Notes: generated by a model from the sequence alone, not told the origin. Positions 1 through 10,828 are shown, counted from the stretch's first letter. The stretch: 32,000 nt of DNA from Candidatus Karelsulcia muelleri PSPU (GCF_000829155.1 NZ_AP013293.1:240001-272000); one strand, 5' to 3'. A program made the numbers and translations.

Positions 1-511
1 CTACTTCTAGAGTCATATTAATTTTTTTCATACGTTTAAAATAAATTTTTGAAATTTTAATATTTTCAATTAAAGATTCTTCAGACAAATCTATCATATG
101 AGAACTAAATAAGGTTTTTCCAAAAACTTTATAATAATTTTCATTTATTGTTAATAAACCATCTATCCATGGTAATAATTTTTTATTACAATGATCAGTA
201 TGTAATATAACTGTAGTATTATAATATTCAGATAATTCATGAACATATTTAGCTCCACAAATAGATCCTATTATAGAAGCTTTTTCATTTAAATTATTTA
301 ATGATTTTCCAGCAAAAAATAAAGAGCCTCCATGAGAAAATTGGATTATTACAGGAGAATTAACTTTTTTAGCTGTTTCCAACACAGCCTTTATACTATT
401 AGATCCAATTACATTTACTGCAGGTAAAGCAAAATTTTCTTCTTTTGCATATTGAAATATTTCTTCTACAAGATTTCCAGTAGCAACTCCTGGAGGAAAT
501 TTTTTTTTCAT
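1..511 (-). CDS. fbaA: Class II fructose-bisphosphate aldolase, N-terminal ~170 codons. The 3' end runs off the window start.
   Basis: Absent from the ORF track because it is truncated by the window edge. Hand translation from the ATG at 511-509 gives MKKKFPPGVATGNLVEEIFQYAKEENFALPAVNVIGSNSIKAVLETAKKVNSPVIIQFSHGG...ILHTDHCNKKLLPWIDGLL...LFSSHMIDLSEESL. This closely follows the class II FbaA pattern. Confidence 0.9.
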   Translation of the reverse strand, partial: MKKKFPPGVATGNLVEEIFQYAKEENFALPAVNVIGSNSIKAVLETAKKVNSPVIIQFSHGGSLFFAGKSLNNLNEKASIIGSICGAKYVHELSEYYNTTVILHTDHCNKKLLPWIDGLLTINENYYKVFGKTLFSSHMIDLSEESLIENIKISKIYFKRMKKINMTLEV

Positions 512-545
512 TATTAATAATAATAAAAAATTAAAATCTATCTAA

Positions 546-1424
546 TTAATAGATAGATAATTTTTTTTTATTAAGTAAAATTTTTACTACTTTATCGAGT
601 ATTCCATTAATATAAATTTTACTTTTTTTTGTTGAAAAAATTTTTGTTATTTCTATATATTCATTTAATGTTACTTTAAATGGAATTTTTTTAAAAAAAA
701 TTAATTCACATATAGCCATTTGTAAAATGATTAAATTTATTATAGATAATTTTGTTATTTTCCAATTTTGGGATATTTTTTCTATTAAAATATTGAAATA
801 TTTTTGATAAAAAATCGTATTTTTATATAAAAATTTAATAAAATTAATTTGTTTTTTATTTTTATATATATTTATATATATAATTTTTTTTTTTTTTATT
901 AAAAAAAAAAAATTATAAACTATAATATGTGTTATATTTATATTAATAAAACATGTAAGATCATAATTTTTTAAAAATTTATATAAAAATTTGTTTTTAG
1001 AAAAACAATATTTATAATATTTTAAAATAAATTCTTTATCTCTATAAAATTCGTATTTTTTTTTATTTAAAACTAAATTAATAGTTTTTAATTTTTTTAA
1101 TAAAAACTTTAAAAGTTTTTTTTTATATAAAAAATTTATTTTATAATTATAAAAAATTATTTTTTTTTTTTTTGAAAGTAATTCAATTAAAGAATTTTTT
1201 TTAAAAAAATAAAAATTATAATTTATTTTATCAAATTTTTTTTTTATTATAATCTTTCTTAAGATTATTATTAAATTTAAAAAAAAAATATAAATATCAT
1301 ATATGTAATATATGCTTTCAAAAAGTGTTTTTTCTAAAAAATTACTATCTGTATTAGATAAATAATATGCATATAAAAATTGCATTACTCTAATTCTCAA
1401 ATTTCTTCTTATTAAGAATTTCAA
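546..1424 (-). CDS. nusB: Transcription antitermination factor NusB (long Bacteroidota-type form, strongly drifted)
   Basis: The N-terminus (RRNLRIRVMQFLYAYY) and C-terminus (LQMAICELIFF..PFKVTLNEYIEITKIFSTKKSKIYINGILDKV) match NusB signature helices. The middle is K/N/I/F low complexity. The ORF begins at a TTG. Confidence 0.75.
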   Translation of the reverse strand: MKFLIRRNLRIRVMQFLYAYYLSNTDSNFLEKTLFESIYYIYDIYIFFLNLIIILRKIIIKKKFDKINYNFYFFKKNSLIELLSKKKKIIFYNYKINFLYKKKLLKFLLKKLKTINLVLNKKKYEFYRDKEFILKYYKYCFSKNKFLYKFLKNYDLTCFININITHIIVYNFFFLIKKKKIIYINIYKNKKQINFIKFLYKNTIFYQKYFNILIEKISQNWKITKLSIINLIILQMAICELIFFKKIPFKVTLNEYIEITKIFSTKKSKIYINGILDKVVKILLNKKKLSIY

Positions 1425-1665
1425 TTTTTTTATATAAAATTATTATTATAGTTAATATATTGATATTAACAAAAATTATATTAATACATGATAAAAATAA
1501 TTTTTAAAGTTAAAAAAAAAATAATAAATAAAAAATATAATTTCTATATTAATATAGATTAATATTATTATTAAATAATAATTTTTTTTTATTCTTAAAA
1601 AAAAGAAATTAATATAATTTTTAAAAAAAAAAATATATAATATATTTTATAAAAATATAATTTAA

Positions 1666-2532
1666 TTAAGTACATAGATAAAATCTTAAAATATTTTTTC
1701 GTGAAGATTTTTTTAATCTTCTAAGACCATATATTTCTATTTGTCGACAACGTTCTCTAGTTAAATTTAATAAAAATGATATTTCTTCTAAATTAATAGT
1801 AGAACTTTCCAATCCATAATGTAATGTTATTATTTGAGCTTCTTTTTCTGAAAGAGTATCTAATAATCTTTTTATATCTTTTTTAAGAGATTCTTTTTCT
1901 AAATCTAAATCAGTATGAGTATATTCATCATATTTAATGATATCATATAAATTAGAATTTTCTCCTTCTATAATAGGAGCATCTAAAGATGTATGTTTAA
2001 CTGAATTTTTCAGAGCTTCTTCAATTTCTTTTTCATTTGAATTTAAATATTCTCCAATATGTTTTATAGATGGAGGTATTTGATATATTTGTTCTAATTC
2101 AGAATATTTTTTATTAACTTTATTATAAAAAGCAAGTTTATTTGTAGGACAACGTACACAACGAGATTTATCTGCTATAGCTTGTAATATAGATTGTCTT
2201 ATCCACCAAACAGAATAAGAAATACATTTAAATCCCTTTCTTTCATCAAAACGAAATATGCCTTTAATAAGTCCTAAATTGCCTTCATTAATTAAATCAG
2301 ATAAATTTAATCCTTGATTTTGATATTGTTTGGCTACAGAAACAACAAATCTTAAATTAGCTTTAATTAAAAAATTAATTGCTTTTATCTTATATGTTTT
2401 ACGAGCAAATTGAGCAAATTTTATTTCTTCTTCATTATTTAATAATGGAATTTTACCTATTTCATATAAATATTTTTCTAAAGATTCAGATTCACAATTA
2501 GTAACTTGTTTAGTTATTTTAAGTTTTTTCAT
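1666..2532 (-). CDS. rpoD: RNA polymerase primary sigma factor (sigma-70 family, short Bacteroidota type)
   Basis: Region 2 (ANLRFVVSVAKQYQNQGL.LSDLINEGNLGLIKG..RFD..KGFKCISYSVWWIRQSI) and region 4.2 (LTRERCRQIEIYGLRRLK) are present. Confidence 0.93.
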   Translation of the reverse strand: MKKLKITKQVTNCESESLEKYLYEIGKIPLLNNEEEIKFAQFARKTYKIKAINFLIKANLRFVVSVAKQYQNQGLNLSDLINEGNLGLIKGIFRFDERKGFKCISYSVWWIRQSILQAIADKSRCVRCPTNKLAFYNKVNKKYSELEQIYQIPPSIKHIGEYLNSNEKEIEEALKNSVKHTSLDAPIIEGENSNLYDIIKYDEYTHTDLDLEKESLKKDIKRLLDTLSEKEAQIITLHYGLESSTINLEEISFLLNLTRERCRQIEIYGLRRLKKSSRKNILRFYLCT

Positions 2533-2547
2533 ATATTTTTTTTACAT

Positions 2548-4671
2548 CTATTTACGAGATAAAAGAATTTTATGAGATAATTTTATTTTTCCATTTTTAT
2601 TATTTTTTCCTAAATATTTAACATTTATGAAATGTCCTATTTTTATATAATTTTCTAAATTAGTTAATTTCTTCCAAGAAATTTCAGATATATGTAATAA
2701 GCCCTCTATTCCTTTAGAAAGTTCAACAAAAACACCAAAAGGTTTAATATATTTAACTTTTGCTTTATAAATTTTTCCTATTTTTGGTAAAAAAACAATA
2801 GATTGTATTTTTTCAATAGCATCTTTTATTTTATTATAATTTTTTCCTAAAATTTCTATTTTACCTAAATTTTCTTTTTCTTCTATTTTTATAGAAGTTT
2901 CTGTTGAAGATTGTATTTCTTGTATGATTTTTCCTCCAGGACCAATTACAGCACCTATAAAAGTTTTTGGTATATTAAAAGTATATATTTTAGGAGCAGT
3001 AGGTTTAAGTGAAATTCTAGGAGCATTTAAAGTAGTAAGCATATTATTTATAATAAATATTATAATTTTTTTTGCTTTTAAAATGGTTTTTAATAAAATA
3101 TCATATGATATTCCAGAAATTTTAATATCCATTTGACATGCTGTCATACCATATTTTGTCCCTGTAATTTTAAAATCCATATCCCCTATATTATCTTCAT
3201 CTCCTAAGAGATCTGAAAGAATTAAGGCTTCACCTGTAAATTTATTAAAAATTAACCCCATAGATATTCCTGATACAGGTCTTTTAATAGGTATTCCTGC
3301 ATCCATTAATGCTAATGTACTAGCACATACAGTAGCCATAGAAGAAGATCCATTTGATTCTAACACATCTGATACTACTCTTATAGTATAAGGATTATCA
3401 AAAGGAATTATATTTTTTAAAGCACGTTGAGCTAAATTTCCATGTCCAATTTCTCGTCTTGAGACTCCTTTTAATAATTTTATTTCTCCAGTTGAAAAAG
3501 GAGGAAAATTATAATGTAAATAAAATTTTTGTTTATCTTGTATAATAACATTATCAATTTTATTAACATCTAATGATGAACCTAAAGTTACTGTAGATAA
3601 TGCTTGTGTTTCTCCTCTTGAGAAAATTGCAGATCCGTGGACACCAGGTAAACAATCTACTTGACTAGAAATATTTCTAATATCATCTAATGATCTACCA
3701 TCTAAACGAAGATTTTCTTTACAAATAATTTCTCTTATTATTTTTTTTTTAATTTCAAAAAAAATAATATCTATTTCATTTTCATTAATTAAAATATTAT
3801 CATTAAAAAATAATTTTTTTATATTATTTAATAATCTATTAATTTTTTTTAAACGAATTTTTTTTTTATAAAATTTTTTATAAATATTATATATTTTATA
3901 AAAAAATAAAAAATTTAATTTTTCTTTTAAATAAAAAAAATTATTATTTTTAATATTAAAATTTATTTTAGAGAGAGATTTATTTTTTATTTTTTTTAAT
4001 AAATTAATTTGAGCTTTAATTTGTCTTTTAATATAAAAATGTGCAATTTTAATAATTTTAATTATTTCTTTTTCAGAAACTTCTTTCATCTCTCCTTCTA
4101 CCATTAAAATAGAATTAATAGTACCTCCTACTATTAAATCTATATCTGATTTTTTTACATCTTCAATACCAGGATTAATAATAAATAAATTTTTAATTCG
4201 TATTATACGAACTGCTGATACAGGACCTTTAAAAGGAATTCCTGATAGATATACAGCAGTAGAAGCTACTAATCCAGCTAATCCATCAGGTAATACATTT
4301 ATATCATATGATAACAAAGAGATCATTATTTGTATTTCCTTATAGAATATTTTTGGAAAAAGTGGACGTAATAAACGATCTACTAATCTCATTGTTAATA
4401 TTTCTTCATCAGAAGGTCTACCTTCACGTTTTATAAATCCACCTGGAATTTTTCCTCCAGCTGAATATTTTTCTCTATAATCTATATTTAAAGGTAAAAA
4501 ATTAACACCTTTTTTATCTTCTGTTGATACTACTACAGTAGCTATTAAACTAGTATTTGCCATCCGAACGACAGCAGATCCATTAGCTTGACAAGCTAAA
4601 GATCCAGTTTCTATACTTATAGTACGTCCATCTTCTAAAAGAAGATTTTCTTTTATTAATTCTGGTGTCAT
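2548..4671 (-). CDS. pnp: Polyribonucleotide nucleotidyltransferase (PNPase)
   Basis: 707 aa with two RNase PH domains (RLDGR..D.IR, GSSSMA..CA..LALMDAG.P), then KH (GPGGK.I) and a C-terminal S1 domain (G.V....FG.FVEL..G.EGLLHISE). Confidence 0.97.
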   Translation of the reverse strand: MTPELIKENLLLEDGRTISIETGSLACQANGSAVVRMANTSLIATVVVSTEDKKGVNFLPLNIDYREKYSAGGKIPGGFIKREGRPSDEEILTMRLVDRLLRPLFPKIFYKEIQIMISLLSYDINVLPDGLAGLVASTAVYLSGIPFKGPVSAVRIIRIKNLFIINPGIEDVKKSDIDLIVGGTINSILMVEGEMKEVSEKEIIKIIKIAHFYIKRQIKAQINLLKKIKNKSLSKINFNIKNNNFFYLKEKLNFLFFYKIYNIYKKFYKKKIRLKKINRLLNNIKKLFFNDNILINENEIDIIFFEIKKKIIREIICKENLRLDGRSLDDIRNISSQVDCLPGVHGSAIFSRGETQALSTVTLGSSLDVNKIDNVIIQDKQKFYLHYNFPPFSTGEIKLLKGVSRREIGHGNLAQRALKNIIPFDNPYTIRVVSDVLESNGSSSMATVCASTLALMDAGIPIKRPVSGISMGLIFNKFTGEALILSDLLGDEDNIGDMDFKITGTKYGMTACQMDIKISGISYDILLKTILKAKKIIIFIINNMLTTLNAPRISLKPTAPKIYTFNIPKTFIGAVIGPGGKIIQEIQSSTETSIKIEEKENLGKIEILGKNYNKIKDAIEKIQSIVFLPKIGKIYKAKVKYIKPFGVFVELSKGIEGLLHISEISWKKLTNLENYIKIGHFINVKYLGKNNKNGKIKLSHKILLSRK

Positions 4672-4688
4672 TTATATTCCAGTTTGAA

Positions 4689-4958
4689 TTATTTTCTTAT
4701 TTTAAATTGTTTTAAAGTATCTTTATAAATTTTTATTTTTTTTTTTTTTATAAATTTAAGTATTTTTTTTCTTTTATTAACTATTTTTAGTAAAGATCTT
4801 TCTGTATTAAAATCATGTTTATGTTTTTTTAAATGTTTGCTTATCTTATTTATTTTATATGTTAACAAAGCAATTTGTACTATACAGTTTCCTGTATCAT
4901 ATTCTGATGAACCATAATTTTTAATTATTTTTAATTTTTTTTTAAAATTTAAATACAT
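4689..4958 (-). CDS. rpsO: 30S ribosomal protein S15
   Basis: 89 aa; DTG...VQIALLT.KI..ISKHLK.HKHD..TERSLLK.V.KRKK.L is the S15 pattern. It sits in the conserved position upstream of pnp. Confidence 0.92.
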   Translation of the reverse strand: MYLNFKKKLKIIKNYGSSEYDTGNCIVQIALLTYKINKISKHLKKHKHDFNTERSLLKIVNKRKKILKFIKKKKIKIYKDTLKQFKIRK

Positions 4959-4985
4959 ATTATAATTTTTGATAAAAATAATAAA

Positions 4986-5708
4986 TTATTTATTTGCAAT
5001 ATAAATTGATACAATACCATAAGTTAATTTTAAAATATTAATATTTTTAAAATTAAAATTTTTTAATAAAATTTCAATATTGACATATTGTGAAAATTTA
5101 TTAATAGATTTTAATAAATATTTATAAGCAAAAAAATTTTTAGTAAAAAAATTAATTATATTTAATAAAATATATTTAGAATAAATATTATATATATATT
5201 TAAAATTATTATTAGAAATAGAAAATTCTAATATTATTAATACTCCTTTTTTTTTTAAAACCCTATAAATTTCTTTTAAAACATTATTAATATTTTCAAA
5301 ATTTCTAATTCCAAAGACGATAGTAACAATATCAAATTTATTTTTTTTTAAAAAAAAAATTTTTTGACAATCTGCTTTAATTAATTTAATATTTTTATAA
5401 AAAAAATTAATTTTTTTTTTACCAATTTTAATCATATTTTTAGAAATGTCTATTCCTAAAATATTAATATTTTTAATTTTATTTGCTAATATTATAGGTA
5501 AATTTCCTGTTCCGGTTGCTAAATCTAACAGATTTTTTGGTTTATAATTAAAAATAATATCAGATATTTTTTTTCTCCATTTTATATCATTTCCTAATGA
5601 TATAATTAAATTAATAAAATTATATTGAGATGATATAATATCAAACATTTTTTCTATTTGATCTGTTTTACAAATTATAGAATTTTCAAATGGTTTTATA
5701 TTAATCAT
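4986..5708 (-). CDS. ubiE: Demethylmenaquinone/ubiquinone C-methyltransferase (UbiE/MenG family)
   Basis: SAM-binding motif LLDLATGTGNL, plus FDIVTIVFGIRNFEN....L.EIYRVLKKKG.L.ILEFS, which is typical of UbiE/MenG. Confidence 0.85.
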   Translation of the reverse strand: MINIKPFENSIICKTDQIEKMFDIISSQYNFINLIISLGNDIKWRKKISDIIFNYKPKNLLDLATGTGNLPIILANKIKNINILGIDISKNMIKIGKKKINFFYKNIKLIKADCQKIFFLKKNKFDIVTIVFGIRNFENINNVLKEIYRVLKKKGVLIILEFSISNNNFKYIYNIYSKYILLNIINFFTKNFFAYKYLLKSINKFSQYVNIEILLKNFNFKNINILKLTYGIVSIYIANK

Positions 5709-5748
5709 TAATATTATTTTTAATTTAAAAATAATTAAAAAAAAAATT

Positions 5749-5997
5749 ATGAAAAAAAAAATTCATCCAAATAATTATAGAATTGTTGTATTTAAAGATA
5801 TGACAAGTAATGATACTTTTTTTTGTAAATCAACTCTTTTAACAAAAGAAAAAATTAATTTAAATGGAAAAGAATTTACATTATATAAAATGGAAATATC
5901 AAGTTTTTCTCATCCTTTTTATACAGGACAAATTAAATATGTAGATGCTACTGGGAGAATAGATAAATTCTATAAAAAATATAAAAAAAAAAAATAA
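5749..5997 (+). CDS. rpmE: 50S ribosomal protein L31, type B (no CxxC zinc motif)
   Basis: MKKKIHPNNY..VVF.D......F...ST........L.G......K.EISS.SHPFYTG matches the zinc-independent L31 type-B pattern. Confidence 0.9.
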   Translation: MKKKIHPNNYRIVVFKDMTSNDTFFCKSTLLTKEKINLNGKEFTLYKMEISSFSHPFYTGQIKYVDATGRIDKFYKKYKKKK

Positions 5998-6056
5998 TTT
6001 TTTTTTTTTTAATAAAAATAAATATATATATATATTTAATAACTTAAAATTTAATT

Positions 6057-6437
6057 ATGCCAACTATACAACAACTTGTAAGAAAAGTAAGAAAAAAAAT
6101 AAAAAATAAAAGTAAATCTATGGCTTTAAATAATTGTCCTCAACGTAGAGGAGTTTGTACTAGAGTATATACAACAACTCCTAAAAAACCTAATTCTGCA
6201 ATGAGAAAAGTTGCTCGTGTTCGTTTAACAAATGGAAAGGAAGTAAATGCTTATATTCCAGGAGAAGGACATAATCTTCAAGAACATTCTCTAGTTTTAA
6301 TAAGAGGTGGAAGAGTTAAAGATTTACCAGGTGTTCGTTATCATATAATACGTGGTGCTTTAGATACTGCAGGTGTTAAAGATAGAAAAAAAGCTCGTAG
6401 TAAATATGGAGCAAAAATGACTAAAGTAAAAAAATAA
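6057..6437 (+). CDS. rpsL: 30S ribosomal protein S12
   Basis: [10 protein letters not shown]...[67 protein letters not shown] is canonical S12. Confidence 0.98.
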   Translation: MPTIQQLVRKVRKKIKNKSKSMALNNCPQRRGVCTRVYTTTPKKPNSAMRKVARVRLTNGKEVNAYIPGEGHNLQEHSLVLIRGGRVKDLPGVRYHIIRGALDTAGVKDRKKARSKYGAKMTKVKK

Positions 6438-6914
6438 ATGAGAAAATTAAAATCAAAAATAAAAATTTACGAACCTGATCCTAAATTTAAAGATCCTTTA
6501 GTAACGCGTTTTGTCAATCATTTAATGAAAAATGGTAAAAAAACTAGAGCTTATACAATTTTTTATAATTGTATAAATGAAATAGAAAAAAAAAATAATA
6601 AAAAAGAAAAATCTGGTTTAAAAATATGGAAAGAAGCATTAGATAATGTAATGCCTCATGTAGAAGTTAGAAGTAGACGTATTGGAGGTTCTAATATACA
6701 AGTTCCTACACAGATACCACCTTATGTAAAAGTAACTAAAGCTATGAAATCATTGATTAATTGTGCACGTGAAAGAAATGAAAAAAAAATGTCTAAAAAA
6801 TTAGCAGGAGAAATTTTATCTGCTTATAAAAAAGAAGGAGCTTCTTTTAAAAAACGTGAAAATATTCATAAAATGGCAGAAGCTAATAAAGCATTTTCTC
6901 ATTTTAAATTTTAA
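6438..6914 (+). CDS. rpsG: 30S ribosomal protein S7
   Basis: DPKF.D.LVTRFVN.LM..GKK..A..I.......VEVRSRR.GG...QVP is the S7 pattern. It starts immediately after the rpsL stop. Confidence 0.97.
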   Translation: MRKLKSKIKIYEPDPKFKDPLVTRFVNHLMKNGKKTRAYTIFYNCINEIEKKNNKKEKSGLKIWKEALDNVMPHVEVRSRRIGGSNIQVPTQIPPYVKVTKAMKSLINCARERNEKKMSKKLAGEILSAYKKEGASFKKRENIHKMAEANKAFSHFKF

Positions 6915-6925
6915 AAAAAAAATAT

Positions 6926-9016
6926 ATGAAAAATAATTTAAAATATACAAGAAATATAGGAATAGCTGCACATATTGATGCAGGTAAAACTACAACGACA
7001 GAGCGAATTTTATTTTATACTGGAATAAATCATAAAATAGGAGAAGTCCATGATGGAACAGCTACTATGGATTGGATGAAACAAGAACAAGAAAGAGGTA
7101 TAACAATTACTTCTGCTGCTACAAAATGCGAATGGTTATATAATAATAAAATTTATAAAATCAATATTATTGATACACCAGGTCATGTTGATTTTACTGT
7201 AGAAGTAGAAAGATCTTTAAGAGTTTTAGATGGAATGGTAGCATTATTTAGTGCAGTAGATGGTGTAGAACCACAATCAGAAACAGTTTGGAGGCAAGCA
7301 GATAAATATAAAGTTCCTAGAATAGGATTTGTTAATAAAATGGATAGACAAGGTTCTGATTTTTTTAATGTATGTGAACAAATAAAAAAAAATTTAAATG
7401 CTAATTGTTTAATTTTACAAATACCTATTGGAATAGAAAATAATTTTAAAGGAGTAGTAGATATTATTTCGAAAAAAGCAATAATTTGGGATGAAAAAAA
7501 TTATGGAACATCCTATAATATAACTTCTATTCCTGAAGAATTAATAAAAATAACGAATAAATATAGAAATATTCTTTTAGAAACTATATCTGAATATGAT
7601 GATGAAATCATGAGTAAATATTTTAAGAACCCTAATGAAATATCAGAAAATGAAATAATATCATCTATAAAAAAATCTACAATTAATCTTGATATAGTTC
7701 CTCTTATTTGTGGATCTTCTTTTAAAAATAAAGGAGTTCAAGTTATGTTAGATACTATTTGTAGATATTTGCCATCTCCAATTGATATAAAAGAAACAAA
7801 AGGAATAAATCCAAAAACAGAAAAAAAAGAAATAAGAAAACATAATTCTAATGAACCTTTTTCTGCTTTAGCTTTTAAAATAGCTACTGATTCTTTTGTT
7901 GGTCGTTTAGCTTTTTTTCGTGTATATTCTGGAAAATTAAAGTCTGGAACATATATTCTTAACTCTCGTTCAGGTAATAAAGAACGTATATCAAGAATAT
8001 ATCAAATGCATGCTAATAAACAAAATCCTATTAATATTATTGAAGCTGGAGATATAGGAGCAGCAGTAGGATTTAAAAATATAAAAACTGGGGATACTTT
8101 ATGTGATGAAAATTATCCAATAATTTTTGAAAAAATATATTTTCCTGATCCAGTAATTGGATTAGCTATTGAACCTAAATATAAATCTGATATAGATAAA
8201 ATGAGCTTAGCTTTATCTAAATTATCAGAAGAAGATCCTACTTTTATAGTACGTAATGATAAATATACTGGACAAACAATAATCTCAGGGATGGGAGAAT
8301 TACATTTAGAAATAATTATAGATAGAATGGAAAGGGAATTTAAAGTAAAAGTTAATAAAGGTAATCCTCAAGTAGAATATAAAGAAGCATTAACAAATTC
8401 TATTGAACATAGAGAAATATATAAAAAACAAACTGGAGGACGAGGAAAATATGCTGATATTTTATTTATATTAGAACCTGGAAAAAAAGGATCTAAAGGA
8501 CTGGAATTTATAAATAAAGTAAAAGGAGGAAATATTCCTAAAGAGTATATTCCTTCAATAGAAAAAGCCTTTAAAGAAGCTATTAAAACGGGTCCTTTAT
8601 ATGGATATGAATTAGAAAATGCAAAAGTTATATTAATAGATGGTTCCTATCATTCTGTTGATTCTGATCAATTATCTTTTGAATTAGCTAGTAAAATTGG
8701 TTTTAAAAATGCAGCCAAAAAGACAAATACTATTATATTAGAACCTATAATGAAATTAGAAGTATTAACTCCTACAGAAAATATGGGTAATATTGTAGGT
8801 GATATAAATAAAAGAAGAGGTATAATCCAAGGTATGGAAGAAAATCGTAGTAATTTAAAAATAATAAAAGCTCTTATTCCTTTATCAGAACTTTTTGGAT
8901 ATGTAACTATTTTACGTACATTATCTTCTGGAAGAGCTACATCTACAATGGAATTTTATAATTATAAACCAGCTCCATCAAATATATATAACAAAATAAT
9001 TTTAAAAAAAAAATAA
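6926..9016 (+). CDS. fusA: Translation elongation factor G
   Basis: G-domain motifs [27 protein letters not shown] and NKMDR, with full-length EF-G domains II-V. Confidence 0.98.
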   Translation: MKNNLKYTRNIGIAAHIDAGKTTTTERILFYTGINHKIGEVHDGTATMDWMKQEQERGITITSAATKCEWLYNNKIYKINIIDTPGHVDFTVEVERSLRVLDGMVALFSAVDGVEPQSETVWRQADKYKVPRIGFVNKMDRQGSDFFNVCEQIKKNLNANCLILQIPIGIENNFKGVVDIISKKAIIWDEKNYGTSYNITSIPEELIKITNKYRNILLETISEYDDEIMSKYFKNPNEISENEIISSIKKSTINLDIVPLICGSSFKNKGVQVMLDTICRYLPSPIDIKETKGINPKTEKKEIRKHNSNEPFSALAFKIATDSFVGRLAFFRVYSGKLKSGTYILNSRSGNKERISRIYQMHANKQNPINIIEAGDIGAAVGFKNIKTGDTLCDENYPIIFEKIYFPDPVIGLAIEPKYKSDIDKMSLALSKLSEEDPTFIVRNDKYTGQTIISGMGELHLEIIIDRMEREFKVKVNKGNPQVEYKEALTNSIEHREIYKKQTGGRGKYADILFILEPGKKGSKGLEFINKVKGGNIPKEYIPSIEKAFKEAIKTGPLYGYELENAKVILIDGSYHSVDSDQLSFELASKIGFKNAAKKTNTIILEPIMKLEVLTPTENMGNIVGDINKRRGIIQGMEENRSNLKIIKALIPLSELFGYVTILRTLSSGRATSTMEFYNYKPAPSNIYNKIILKKK

Positions 9017-9022
9017 AATTTT

Positions 9023-9331
9023 ATGAAAAAAAAAAAAATAAGAATAAAATTAAGATCATATGATCATTCTTTATTAGATAAATCTGTTGAAAGAATAATA
9101 AAATATGTAATGACAACAGGTGCAGAAATAAAGGGTCCAATTCCATTACCAACTCAAACAAAAATTTATACAGTTTTAAGATCTCCTCATGTTCATAAAA
9201 AATCTCGTGAACAATTTAAGTTGTCAAGTCATATAAGATTTTTAGAAATATGTAATGCTGGACCTAATACGGTCAATCTATTAATGAAATTAGAATTAGC
9301 TAGTGGAGTTGAAATAGAAATAAAAATATAA
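9023..9331 (+). CDS. rpsJ: 30S ribosomal protein S10 (NusE)
   Basis: [13 protein letters not shown]......I.......GA...GPIPLPT......[15 protein letters not shown] is the S10 pattern. It is the first gene of the S10 block. Confidence 0.97.
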   Translation: MKKKKIRIKLRSYDHSLLDKSVERIIKYVMTTGAEIKGPIPLPTQTKIYTVLRSPHVHKKSREQFKLSSHIRFLEICNAGPNTVNLLMKLELASGVEIEIKI

Positions 9332-9337
9332 TTATTT

Positions 9338-9958
9338 ATGTCAGTGTCAGGTATAATCGGAAAAAATATTGGTATGACTAGTCTATTTGATGAATCAGGA
9401 TGGAATATTCCATGTACTATAATAGAAGCTGGACCATGTATTGTTTTACAAATAAAAACTAAAGAAAAAGATGGATACGATTCTTGTCAATTAGGTTTTG
9501 ATGAAAAAAAAATTAAAAATACCAATAAACCATTATTAGGTTTTTTTAAAAAAAATAAATCTACACCTAAAAAAAAAATATTTGAATTTTCTATAAAAAA
9601 AAAAATAAAATCAGGAGATTTAATAAAAATAAATATATTTAATGAAAATGAATATGTTAATATTACAGGTATATCTAAAGGTAAGGGATTTCAAGGTGTT
9701 GTTAAACGTCATGGATTTTCAGGTGTAGGAGAAAAATCTCATGGTCAACATAATAGGTCTAGAGCTCCTGGATCTATAGGAGCTGGTTCTGATCCTTCAA
9801 GAGTATTTAAAGGGACTAAAATGGCTGGAAGATTAGGAAATAAAAAGGTAACTCTAAAAAAAATAAAAATATTAAAAATAGATTTAATTAAGAATTTATT
9901 AATTGTAAAAGGATCTGTTCCTGGTCATAAAAATTCTTATTTAATAATAAGAAAATGA
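9338..9958 (+). CDS. rplC: 50S ribosomal protein L3
   Basis: [15 protein letters not shown]...PCT.IEAGPC and [14 protein letters not shown] motifs. The TGA stop lies inside the ATGA overlap with rplD. Confidence 0.96.
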   Translation: MSVSGIIGKNIGMTSLFDESGWNIPCTIIEAGPCIVLQIKTKEKDGYDSCQLGFDEKKIKNTNKPLLGFFKKNKSTPKKKIFEFSIKKKIKSGDLIKINIFNENEYVNITGISKGKGFQGVVKRHGFSGVGEKSHGQHNRSRAPGSIGAGSDPSRVFKGTKMAGRLGNKKVTLKKIKILKIDLIKNLLIVKGSVPGHKNSYLIIRK

Positions 9959-10578
9959 AATTAACTATATTTAATAATAATGGAATAAAAACAGGTAGAT
10001 GTTTAAAATTTAAAAAAAATCTTTTAAAAAAAGAAAATAATAATATTATTTATCTAGAAATAAAAAGATTTTTGTTTTCACAAAGACAAGGCACCAATAA
10101 ATCTAAAGAAAGAAGTGAAATTACTGGAAGTACAAGAAAAATTCAACGTCAAAAAGGTAGTGGAAATGCTAGAAAAGGAGATATAAAGAATCCTCTATTT
10201 AGATCTGGTGGAAGAATATTTGGTCCTAAACCAAGAAATTATAATTTTAAATTAAATAAAAATTTAAAAAGAAGAGTAATAAAAGATATAATTAATTTTA
10301 AATTAAAAATAAAAAAAATAAAAATCTTAGAAGATTATGATTTTAAAATCATAAAAACTAAATTAGTATTTAATTTAATTAAAAAATTAAATATTAATCA
10401 TAAAAAAATATTAATTATATATGATAAAAAAAAAAAAAATTTTTTTTTATCATCTAAAAATTTAAAATCAATTAAAATATTATCAATTAATGAATTGAAT
10501 AGTTTTAATTTAGCAAATGCAGATTATTTAATTTTTTTTGAAAGTGCTATAAAAAAAATTTTAAAAATAAATAAGTAA
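9955..10578 (+). CDS. rplD: 50S ribosomal protein L4
   Basis: [25 protein letters not shown]...P.FR.GG..FGPKPR.Y, in the syntenic position. Confidence 0.93.
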   Translation: MKLTIFNNNGIKTGRCLKFKKNLLKKENNNIIYLEIKRFLFSQRQGTNKSKERSEITGSTRKIQRQKGSGNARKGDIKNPLFRSGGRIFGPKPRNYNFKLNKNLKRRVIKDIINFKLKIKKIKILEDYDFKIIKTKLVFNLIKKLNINHKKILIIYDKKKKNFFLSSKNLKSIKILSINELNSFNLANADYLIFFESAIKKILKINK

Positions 10579-10580
10579 AT

Positions 10581-10823
10581 ATGTTAAAAACAATAATAAA
10601 TAATAAAAAAGACATTTTTTATACTTTTAAAGTACCTATATTTTTTTCTAAAAACGAAATTCGTAAATATATATATAAAAGATATAAAGTAACTTTATAT
10701 AAAATAAATACTATTATTTACTATTCAAAAAAAATAAATAAAAAAAAAAATAAAGGTATCTTTAAAGTAAGATTAAAAAAAGTAATAATAAAATTAAAAA
10801 GAATATCTTATATAAAAAAATAA
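10581..10823 (+). CDS. rplW: 50S ribosomal protein L23 (shortened and strongly diverged)
   Basis: Called mainly from its position between rplD and rplB and from weak L23-like segments (YTFKV....K.EI.K.I...Y.V....INT). It is only 80 aa. Confidence 0.75.
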   Translation: MLKTIINNKKDIFYTFKVPIFFSKNEIRKYIYKRYKVTLYKINTIIYYSKKINKKKNKGIFKVRLKKVIIKLKRISYIKK

Positions 10824-10828
10824 AAAAT

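Noticed and set aside
1451-1470. 8-bp-stem hairpin gttaatat-attg-atattaac as a possible terminator
   Set aside because: It is all A/T apart from the terminal G-C pair and has no following U-tract on the transcribed (-) strand. Such palindromes are expected by chance at this base composition.
2199-2207. DnaA-box-like sequence TTATCCACC
   Set aside because: It is a single copy with one mismatch. It lies inside rpoD, where it encodes the conserved WWIRQ of sigma region 2 on the opposite strand. There is no cluster of boxes and no adjacent AT-rich unwinding context distinct from the genome background.
2924-3136. 70-aa ORF on the + strand
   Set aside because: It lies entirely antisense within the well-supported pnp CDS. 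The peptide (MIFPPGPITAPIKV...) is a shadow of the conserved PNPase KH region with no independent signal.
6021-6040. Short (TA)n microsatellite upstream of rpsL as a regulatory repeat
   Set aside because: It has only about 7-8 units in a spacer that is entirely A/T. It is indistinguishable from compositional noise, and I could not find a Bacteroidota TAnnTTTG -7 element nearby.
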